Of a DNA stretch of 64,000 bases, positions 34,001-43,772 are shown in pieces; positions within the stretch are counted from its first letter, which is position 1, and the number at the start of each line of letters is the position of its first letter. The DNA is from Eukaryota sp. TZLM1-RC (lineage: Eukaryota; Protista; Metamonada: BaSk clade), in NCBI GenBank assembly GCA_040285825.1, contig JAUPSS010000008.1, positions 744,001-808,000 on the forward strand. Reading direction: 5' to 3'. The notes under the pieces are model-generated. The model was given only the letters and a program-made list of their open reading frames with translations, searched no databases and was not told the DNA's origin. The position numbers and the translations under genes were made by a program.

Positions 34001-35352
34001 TCTCTTGAAGGATGCTAGACCCAATCCTGGTATTGTTACTGATCCATTTGAGGAAATCTGGAACAACAGAACATTATTGGATAAGAAGTCTCAATGGATG
34101 ATTATGGGGGATGGAGCAAGTTATGACATTGGATTTGGTGGTTTAGATCATGTGCTAGGTACAGGAAACAATCTCAAGTTATTACTTCTTGATACTGAAG
34201 TCTATTCCAACACTGGTGGTCAAACCAGCAAGGCTACTCAATTTGGAGCTATTCATAAGTTCGCCATGGGTGGTAAGACCACGTTCAAAAAGGATCTTGG
34301 AAGAATGTTCTTTGCTTATGAAAACATTTATGTTGCTTCTGTCTCAATGGGTGCCAACTATGCCCAAACTTGCAAAGCGATCAAGGAAGCTGAAGAATAC
34401 CCCGGGCCTGCTGTAGTGATTTGTTACTCGCCTTGCATAGGTTTGATTACTTTCTTTTTTACTTACTTTAGAGCACATTTATACTGATGGTATGGGAATT
34501 ACCATTCAAAATGAAAAACTAGCTGTTGATTGCGGTTATTGGATTCTTTATCGTTATGACCCAAGACGACTAGAAAAGGGACTCAATCCTCTGCAGCTCG
34601 ATTCCAAACCTCCTCATCGCCACTCTGACGAATTCCTTGATACTAATGGTCGTTTCAGAAACATGAAGAGACAATTCCCTGAGAAGGCTGACAAGTTTAG
34701 ATCTGATCTTCACCAATGGTTGAAGAGAAGGTGGAATTCTTACAGCAGAATGGCAATGCCTTGGGATGATCAGCCCACCATTGTTGCTGAACCTGTTGAA
34801 GAAGCCGTTTCTAAAGTTGGGGAAGATGTTGGGAAAGTTCCAAAAGAAGTAACCAAAGCCGAACCTGGTATGAAACGTAAACTTGAAGGTCAGCTCTTGT
34901 TGGCTTGGGGATCTGAAACTGGAACCGTTGAAGAGTATCAAGAAGTTTTGGTTGATGATTTGCGCAAGAAGAGTATTGAAGTTGTGTCGAAGGAATTAAA
35001 TTCTGTTTCTATTGAAGATTTGAAGAAGGCTGATTTAGTGTTTGTTATGGTTTCCAGTACAGGCGGTGGTGAAGTTCCAGGCAATGCTGAGGAGTTTGTA
35101 GAAGAGATGAAAGAGTTGGCTGAGAATGAATCTGGTGTTTTGGATGGTGTACGCTTCTGTTTGTTTGGATTTGGTGCAAAATCTTACGCAGACACTTATC
35201 AGTTTGGGCCTTTATCAGTCTTCAATGTCCTAACTGCTTTGGGGGCCACACCAGTACTGGACCGTGGTGAAGGAGATTCAGATGCTCAGGATGGTATCGA
35301 TGAAACACTGAAGCCATGGATGGAAAGGTTTTACGAAACTTTTGTAGAGTAG
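31076..35352 (+). CDS. PFO: Pyruvate:ferredoxin oxidoreductase fused to a C-terminal flavodoxin domain, five introns
   Basis: Introns 31159-31189, 31302-31331, 31392-31420, 33623-33656 and 34441-34471 restore YPIS|PSTSMAE, SEAGAA|GSLHG, TASQ|GLLLM, CAGCGET|AYVRL and SPCI|EH. Two 4Fe-4S motifs (CIQCNTC..VCP, CTGCSVC..SCP), TPP motif GDGASYDIG..YSNTGGQ, and flavodoxin motifs GSETGT, SSTGGGEVPGNA, FGFG. Confidence 0.95.
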
Positions 35353-35843
35353 TGTCATTTTCTTGATTTTGTTTGAAAGTGGATGTATAAAATTTTTTGT
35401 CACATTTTTTTGGAATTTATTATCATGTAACACAAAATAGTTTCTGCCGGGTCCTTTAATATCACAACTGCAGTGAATTCATGTCCATTTCAACGATAAC
35501 AAGGGAAATATCAGGTGAAACACAAATGATAGAGACCTCAATAATGCTTTCCAACGCAAAACAATTAATTTACGCAAGTATTGAACTTCCGATTTGTATA
35601 CAATTTTGATATATATTATTTGTTTTTTGAGCAGAACTTGTACTGTTTCAGTAGTGAACTTGAAATCATTACTTGAATTCAGTGTAACAAATATTGACCC
35701 TTATTGATTGTTAAATGCATTAGAAGTATTCAGCGTTGAAGATGTAACCAACGAATATTGATTTCTTGATCAAAGAGTAGTGTTACTGCGAACAATTCAC
35801 TGATACTAATGAAATACAAAAGCAAAAGATTTATACACAAAAA

Positions 35844-37263
35844 CTACATGGGAGGCTGATACATGGGAGGTTCAGACTGATATACTCCATTATTAGGATT
35901 TGGGTACATTGATGGAGCATTGGGAGCTTGCTGGGGAACATACTGCTGAGGTTGCTGTTGAGGAACATACTGCTGAGGTTGCTGTTGAGGAGGGTTAGCA
36001 TAAACAACTTGAGGTTGGGGAGCTTGCTGGTAAATGTTGACTTGAGGAGCAGCATTAACATTCTGCGAATTTTGGGCATTGTTGTTACTATTATTATTCT
36101 CAGTAATTAAGCGAGCAGTGGCACCATCATCACTATCCGAATGAGATCCCTTCTTCATACAACCAATTGTGGCAGCTAGACAGAGGCAAAGTGCAGAAAT
36201 TGCAATCAAAACTATAGAAAGATTCACAACTGTTCCTGACCATTCCAAAGGATAACGAACTTGTTCCTGGGTAATATCATTAGTCCAATCGCCCTTGTCA
36301 CATCCCTTGAGAATGATGACTTCATTAGAATAGCGCTGGAGATTAACCTTGCAGTTAGGATTTTCATCTAGACGACACTGTAATTCACATTGAGTAGAGT
36401 TGACGTCATACACCTTAAGGAAAGCATTGAAATTGACAGTACCACGAGCAGTCCACATCCAACTAAGGTTTTCAAAGACGTAGAAGTAAGAGTCCGATTC
36501 GGGAGAAATGTATTTTGTTGCTCCTCTGTAATCATTGAGGTTGTACTGAACAGAGTCGAAAGAGTAACCATCAGCAAATCTATTCATTTCAGATTTACCC
36601 TTTAAAAGATAAAAATCAACTGCTCTGTCGAGATTATAGCTATACTCAATGTCTGGAGTCAGTTGCAAATAAAAACATACAAGAATCCCTGTTCAAATTC
36701 AGTTGATAGTATTCATATCTGTCTGAGCCTACTGACAAAGGACGGGACATCTGAACCTGTTCAAAGCCATGGAGATAAGGAGGTTCAGAATTGCACTTAT
36801 AGATTGAACCAGCATAGGAATCAGCTCTAAAAGTAACACTTTGAACACGATCAGTATTGACATTCTCCATTAAAAGAGTTGATTTGGGGATGACGGTTAG
36901 AACTCGGTCACTTTCAGAGTAAGTACCGGCAGCAAGACCGACTACAAGCAAAATAAAAAGAATGAAAAGCATACAACACAAGCACGAACAGCTACTAGGA
37001 CTCCAGTACCAAACAGGCTCCGGAGCAAACCAGTGTGTTCTGTATGGTCTCCAATACCAACTGGAATGATAACCGTAGGGGCGACTGTGATGGTATCTAC
37101 CACGATAGCGGGATCCAGATCCATGATGACGATGTCTGAAGCTGCTACTGTGGGACCTAGAACCTCCACCATGAGATCTGAAGCTAGAACCACCAAAGGA
37201 ACGGCTGCCACCACCAAAGGAACGACCACCACTTGACCTAGAACCACCTCCGTGTCGCGGCAT
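35844..37263 (-). CDS. Two-TM membrane protein with an APD1-4-like luminal region, Gly/Ser/Arg-rich N-terminus and Gln/Pro-rich tail, one intron
   Basis: A 28-nt intron at 36653-36680 (GTATGT...CTGACTCCAG) joins the two ORFs in frame (LNRDS|YIEYSY). Two hydrophobic, Cys-flanked helices and QQQPQQYVP repeats. The domain call is tentative. Confidence 0.75.
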
Positions 37264-37889
37264 TGAAAAGAGAATAATCAATCACAAAATCTGATTTTTA
37301 TCACCCCTTCCACCTGACATATTTCCAAAATGTGAACAAGTGGTTGAAGTCAATGTTCACAGTACATGACCACATTATTTTTTGTGAATTAGTAGAACAA
37401 ATTGATGTAAAATCCCAATCATATCAATCGATTGTTCAATGTCACAAATTCACAGTATGTTTGTTGATAAAGGCTCTTCCTCGTTATACTAACACCATTT
37501 TGACCAATATTGGGAGGTGTCACAATAAGCGAGTTGTTGTTCAAGAGAATGACGAAGATCTTCCGTCATTCAATTGAGAGGGTTTGTAGTAGGTGGAATT
37601 ATCAGTAAAGGTTTTTGATTATTTAATTATACAAGAAAAACCTTGAAAATAAACCTTATTGTTCGTAATAATTCTCAGTATAGTCACTATTGTCTCTCTA
37701 TCCCCCGCAGATCATCACTTCTGTTGAGCTCGAACAAATTCAAAATTTACCTTTGAAGATACACATCAAATTTCATGTTGAAAGGTTATGTTTTGGTTCA
37801 TAAATTAAACACTTGATTGGTTCCATTCCTGTGATTTGACTACTCACTATGTCAAACATTTTTTGACATAAAGATCAGTGTTTATAAAA

Positions 37890-40250
37890 ACTAAAACGTT
37901 AGTTCGTCTACTATATCTAAACACAACGGTTCTATCTCCTCAAACTCCTGAAATATACTTTCTCTAATCTCACATTGCTCTTGTTTATCTTCAACGAGGT
38001 CCGCTGTCATGTTTTCACGTTTCGTCTGGAATGTTCTCATGTATAGCAAGGTAAATACAATTCCTTCGGCTGAAGCACAAAGGCGCAACTATACAATAAA
38101 CTATTAGTTTAGAACTATCCAAGGCTAACAGAAACTTTTTCAACTTTTTAAGTGTCTGAGCAATACACTCCTCATTGTCTATCAATGTTCCCAATAGTTC
38201 TTTACAATCATCGTCATAATTCACAAATGGCATTTCAACTCCCCCGAAAGAGATAAAATCATTATGTCTACCAAGAAGGACTTGGCATTTTGATGGATTA
38301 AGTTCACGACCAAGTCTTAAGGTTGACAAAAATTGGATGAAGAAAAAGACAAAAAAGCAGGGGTCCACTGGATCACCTTGCTTTACATTTGAATGATGCC
38401 GTAGGTTGGAAAAGTGGGGTTAAGATAAAGCTAATGAGGAAAAGTTCATTTATTTTCTAATCATAACATATAAGCCGTAGGGCGCCAACACTGCTTCTTC
38501 CCTTTTTCAAAAAAGATCAGCTTATATGAATATGGAACAAAACTATTACAAATAACTAAATAACTATAAATACTAAGAACTGAATTCTACTGTTTTCCAT
38601 TGTCTACAATAATCTTTGTAGTGATTGGGATTCGGACAAACATTGGTTTCACATTTTTAAGATCGACAATGGATGTACTATGACTCTCTTACAATAATGT
38701 TAGTATAGGATAGTAAGCAATAACTGAAAAGGGCCTTGTTCCATAATCTATGTGCTCGAATACTTTGTTGTGTATCTTTTAATCGTTACATAAAGATGCT
38801 CTGCTTCTTCCCTTTTTCGTAAACGAGAAACGTGTTAGTGTCGTTTAGTAAAGATATCATGGAATCGATGAATGGATTCGCCGATGATCATGCAGGGTCT
38901 AAGTTGGATCAAAAACAACAGTAAGCCAAGTAACAAACCTCAAAAACTGAAAGCGGCGTCTTTTGTTGTTAAAGTACGGGCTTTTTGACTAAAAATATCA
39001 GAGGAGCAAGGACCGTATTTTTGCAGTGTAGTACAATAATAGTGGAGGTGGAATCTCTATTCGTAACCTCGTATGTAGTCGACTTTTATTGTGTTTGGCT
39101 CCATAAGTCCCCTTTTCAACCCAGAGTTTGAAACCCAACGTTTCTTCCTCTCATTGGGGTATGCTTCCATAAAGGAGGGAGCTGCTCAAACAAACAGTAA
39201 TCTGTAGGTTCGAAGTGAGCCTCCGCATCCTTCATGATTTGTTGGCGAAGTTCTTTATCTTCGTCATTCAATTCGTCTAAATCGGATTGAAGTTTCAGAA
39301 CTTGAACCAACATTTGCGTTTTTTGGTGAGGAGGGGGTGATCCCGTTCATGAACCCTTTCGTAGCATTAAATTGGACTTGGAAGAGGCGGGAGGTGGTTC
39401 CGAGCCTGGTTCCATTATTTTGGACTTGGAAGAGGTGGGAGGTGGCTTCGTGCCTGTTTCCATCGGTTTTCCTTGAGGAGGGGCGGAGGGTGGTCTCAAG
39501 CCCGAGTCCTCGACTATATTAGTCTCTACTACTTTTCCTACTACTCCTTCTGTTGTTTGTATGCTAATTGCATCTCTGTCATGTTCCTGCATGTTAGTTT
39601 TAACGGTGTTAGTGTTTTGGCTGGAAGAGACTGACATGATATCTGCTAAAGATATCCTCTGTAAAGAAAGCTGGGTGTTGTTAGTGTAGTATTCCTATTT
39701 ACCTATATGGCCAATAATTATTGATGCCGTAGGTTGGAAAAGTGGGGTTAAGATAAAGCTAATGAAAAAAGTTGATTTATTTTCTAATCATAACATATAA
39801 GCCTTAGGGCGCCAACATGAACACAAAATAGCATAGAAAATAGAATTAGTTTTCATAACTAAATTTGAGTTAGCAGTATATGAAAATTCAAACAAAGAAA
39901 CAACTTCTGCTAAAACAGAAGAATGGTGAAGTGCTTCAACAATATCACCACTTGTCACTGAATTGAAGGCATGTTCAAAATCACAGACTACTCCAACATT
40001 TTCCCTTGATAAATTCATAAATATATCGACACCAAGATGCAGAATTTACTCCATCGTAGGTTATTACACCAAATTGAAATGCACCGTGAAACTCTTTAGC
40101 ACTTTTCTTGATAAATTTGAAAGCCAGTGTAGATAATAGTAACCACTCCACTAGTTGCAATGGAACGAATCCAATATTTGACTTCGCTAAAGGAATCAAT
40201 CTTGAACATAGTTCTGGAGGGAAGCTTTCATTATGTTGAATATTTAAATC
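37890..40250 (-). mobile_element. Old CRE-like RT remnant interrupted by LTR element E1
   Basis: SRLIPLAK, FQFGV and DFEHAFNSV lie on one side and VKQGDPVDP on the other. They rejoin across the TGAA TSD as AILCSNVKQGDP. Confidence 0.8.
38394..39817 (-). mobile_element. Non-autonomous short LTR retroelement E1 (TRIM/TR-GAG-like), 1424 bp
   Basis: Direct repeats 38394-38490 and 39722-39817 (TG...CA), 4-bp TSD TGAA, polypurine tract GAAAAAGGGAAGAAGCAG abutting the 3' LTR, ATAATTATTGGCCAT after the 5' LTR, and a broken Pro-rich ORF. Confidence 0.92.
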
Positions 40251-40434
40251 GAATAATTAAATGGAAATTTATTATGTACAAGATGAACTAAAATAGAATT
40301 TTCACCATGTTTAGCCTTCTTGTTTGTCAATAAAGGCTATGTATAACATGTAAAATGGTGTTTTGTAGGGTGAGTGAAAACAGAGTGTGTAAAAATAGTA
40401 TTTTACTCATAACCTGAACCAAAAGTGATCCTTA

Positions 40435-40821
40435 GAGTAAGCATTTCGACTTGCTTATTCATCGCCAAAAAAATCAGCCACTTTGTCCAGAAAATAAAAA
40501 ACATGGCTGAAAAATCGCAAGGTGATAATTTGATTTGGGAAAGGAGGTGATGGTACACTCCGCCAAAGAGTGAAAACACGAAGAAAACGTTTTCTGAAGT
40601 ATTGAAAGGCTCGATTTCCAACCGTGAAGGACGGCGATGAACACTACAGATCAGGCACAGTGAACTGATCTTCCAAGAAGAAAAAGTCTAAAACCTATTT
40701 TGCATGTTCAGATTGTGAAATCGTTTGGTCAAGAGACATATATGCATCGACAAACCAGTAAGAGATTGCAGTGAGTGAGTACTTCCTTAACACAAAAACC
40801 CCTTTTAAAAGACCTCAGTAA
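40435..40821 (+). pseudogene. Fanzor C-terminal fragment, copy 2
   Basis: HFDLLIHRQK, VII*FGKGGDG...ARFPTVKDGDEHY, CSDCEIVWSRDIYASTN and PFKRPQ*. Clear nucleotide homology to 26176-26545, with different deletions. Confidence 0.78.
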
Positions 40822-40901
40822 GAGTCTTCAAATCCACATTTTTTTTATCCAAGCCAATGATTTTCGGATGTGGTTGAAGAATGGGAAAATGACGATTTAG
40901 A
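40808..40901 (+). ncRNA. Putative Fanzor omegaRNA scaffold / element right end, copy 2
   Basis: Aligns with 26074-26190(-) apart from a ~22-nt deletion. Hairpin AAGAcCTC-AGTAA-GAGTCTT and stem AGCCA/TGGTT enclosing ATT-TTCG-GAT. Confidence 0.45.
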
Positions 40902-40942
40902 GAAACTTTGTATATATTTATTCATTCCTGTCAATATCTACC

Positions 40943-41359
40943 ATGAAGTTGGAAGTCAACCAACAAGTAGCAGCATTTGTCCCGTATACTGACAATGATC
41001 ATGAATGGTTAGTTTCTACTCTTGTGTCTTTCGATGATAATGTATGTACCGTTAAAGACGAAGAACCTGAAGCGGGATTTGAGAATGAAAATCATTGGAC
41101 AATTCCACGTCGTCATTGTATCCCATTAGCATCCAGTGAGGAAGAACTCAAAGACCTTTGTGGTTCAGCACTTTCAATCGGGGATGATGTATTAGCTCTA
41201 TGGCATCTCGACGGTTCTTTGTGGACCAGTGTTTTTTATGAAGCCACTCTTTTCAGTTTATGCACTGATGGAAAGAACGTTCTTGTTCGTTACTCGGGTG
41301 AAGATGTCGTTAGAGTTGTTCCGTATACCAAGCTGTTGAAAAAGCCGCAATCGTCTTAA
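40943..41359 (+). CDS. SGF29-like tandem Tudor domain protein
   Basis: QQVAA...EWLV...V.DEEPE...IPL...GDDVLALW...TSVFYEA...VRY pattern of the SGF29 C-terminal double Tudor domain. Confidence 0.8.
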   Translation: MKLEVNQQVAAFVPYTDNDHEWLVSTLVSFDDNVCTVKDEEPEAGFENENHWTIPRRHCIPLASSEEELKDLCGSALSIGDDVLALWHLDGSLWTSVFYEATLFSLCTDGKNVLVRYSGEDVVRVVPYTKLLKKPQSS

Positions 41360-41689
41360 TTCTATGATGGATTGTATTTTCCAGAATCTTGCTTACTGAT
41401 CGAACTATGCATATAATACTTTTTCGTGAGTTAATGTAATCACAATTCAAGTTCTTTTTATCGTTCAGTAGGCTTAATTCATCTTTTTATTGTTGATGAA
41501 TACTAAACTTTTGTTACTGGAGCTGAGTTATCGTTGTGCTTTATGTCAGTTTTGTTCAGTATTGGTGTTTTCCGAAAAGTTAATCAATTTGTTTCACAGT
41601 AGAAGTTGGAATAAAGAAACTAATTTCTAAGTGAAAGAGATCTTTTTTCAATTTAAAAACAGATCTTGTAATTCAGATTTACTTTAAGA

Positions 41690-43535
41690 GTCTTGTCACA
41701 ATTACTGGGATGTATAATGTTGAAAATTACTGATCATGCTTATCTTAGTTCACATTATGGCGGTGTAGGTTGGACGAAGGCTTCTATTCTTACTTCGTGT
41801 GCTTTTATTGGTGGATGCAGAAATGCAATAATTGCGTTTTCTGAAAGATTTGCCGATTGGGAAGATTTATTAATGACAACGCAAAGTTCCACTATTTTTG
41901 TAGAAAATGAAGAAATTTCAAAAATTGAGGTAGAAAAATTCAGTCGATACTTTCCCCAATCATTTAATGGAAATATTCCGGAAAAGAATCTTTTAAGAGG
42001 CAACCTAAATATACAACTAAATATACAAAACTCAAACACGACAATTCTTTGTCGTGCGAGATTTTTTTGAAGAGATTAAAAATGAGTTAAACAGTTGAGG
42101 TTTTCAACAGTTGATACCCGAAAAGGAAACACATGAAGCTTTATTTCTTCTAAATGTTGGAGAAGCCACCATCTAGGATATGGTGCGTGAGTTGCAAGGC
42201 ATGCAATCAAATCATGGTTGGAATGTACCCCATCGGTGACCGTATTGCGTCATTCTTCATTTTTTTAGTGGCAGTAAATACAAAAGGAACAACCGGTTTT
42301 GTTTGTTGTTTCTCTGTCTGCAACCTCTGCAGATGAACGATGATAACCCCTATCACAGATAAGATACCCAGGTATCGCCAGAAGAGCTGATGCTCAACGC
42401 AAATTTGTGACTAAAGGCCCACTGCTGAAGAGCATCGATAAGATCAGCCTTGTTGTCGAAGATAAAGGTTGGAGGATTGGTTGTTAAGATGATGCGAGAA
42501 GACATGGATTGGGTGATGAAAGAAGGAGAACAAAAAGAACGTGACGGTCGAAAAACGTCATTAATGTTATTTTGACCTGCAAATTTAATTGTTGTGTTTG
42601 AGTTTTGTATATTTAGTCAGTGTTGTATATTCAATTGTATATTTAGGTTGTCTCTTTTTTAAATTTAAAATAAACTCTTCGAACATTACAGAAACGATTG
42701 ACTGGAACGTATGAAAATGATCTTTATAAAAATATATACAGCTCGGCTGTTTTAAATCAAGAGGTTCACTCATGATACTGCTATTGGAAAAGGGTATTTC
42801 TGAAAATCAGCCATGAGATTCTTCGCTGTTTGTGACTATTGTACCACGAAGATTTGGACTGTGTGCAACTTAAAAAGCGTTTTTTAACAAAAATGAGATT
42901 ATATTTGAAATTGATGACTTCTCGTTCTTCATTATTTGATGCCGTTCGAAACACTGTTTTCAATATGGCATGAACTGCAAGAATCTTGTGTATTAAAGAG
43001 CCTCTGCTGAGAGAAACATTGTCATTGAATTATTGTGGTTCTGATGATAGAGGTGATGTATACTTTGATTGGATCGAGAACTCTGGAGCTGTTGTGGACT
43101 TTGTCTCCTGTGATGTTGCAAATGACACTTTGGTTCAAAGAAGAAAACTTAATCCTGTAAGTGATCTTGAATTTAAATCTAAAGAAAAAACATAGAAAAT
43201 ATACCAAAAATATCGAAGAAGCTAATGCTGATAGAAATAGACCACTTGTTTTTATTGCTTTCATTATTTTCTATAAACGAAAGACCATCACCGGAAGCAG
43301 GAACGTTTTGGATGATTTGCAAAAAATGGTTCAAGAAAAAACAATGAAAAGATTTGATCTTTTTAAGGCGCTCTCGAATTCGATTTGCCATCATTAATAG
43401 ATTACCTCTGTTTTTCAATCGAATTAGAGAAGTTTTAGCTAGACATCAAGATTTTGTAGAGGAAATCTTGGTTCACTGAATTTCGTCCCATTAGTTATGA
43501 TCTTATTTTGTCAAGTGTGTAAGTTTAATAAAAGT
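41690..43535 (+). mobile_element. CRE-like family A copy, decayed, interrupted by a MULE derivative
   Basis: 41690-41996 and 42655-43535 match 5130-6400 and are contiguous across the insertion. Confidence 0.85.
41997..42654 (-). mobile_element. Non-autonomous MULE derivative, second family, 658 bp
   Basis: TIRs GAGGCAACCTAAATATACAA... / ...TTGTATATTTAGGTTGTCTC with internal AAATATACAA sub-repeats. 8-bp TSD TCTTTTAA/TTTTTTAA (7/8 match). Broken FAR1-like frame (MSSRIILTTNPP...LIDALQQWAF...GCSFCIY...HSNH...YPRWWLLQHLEE) homologous to 7218..7631. Confidence 0.85.
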
Positions 43536-43772
43536 TCATATCTACCACGGTGTTTTGATGCTAGTGCATCACTTTTATTTATTCATTTACTTTATAATAA
43601 CAATGAAATATAGAGGTCCAAAATCGAAAACAACACATGGTGTTGGTTGTATCGTTAGCCTTGGATGGCTTTTTACATAGTTTATCAGTTAGTCTCTTTT
43701 TATCTAAGAGTATATCTCATTCGTCTTTCTTTTCTAATACAATTTTTGAAACAATCAATGAAAAAGATCTAC

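Noticed and set aside
38478-38490. TGGCGCCC read as a tRNA-Lys primer-binding site
   Set aside because: It lies inside the LTR terminus (TGTTGGCGCCC) and is present in all four LTRs rather than internal to one.
40240-40260. Candidate left TIR for Fanzor copy 2 (TTTAAATCG vs TCTAAATCG)
   Set aside because: Only 8 of 9 nt match, it overlaps the CRE remnant, and copy 1 has no counterpart.
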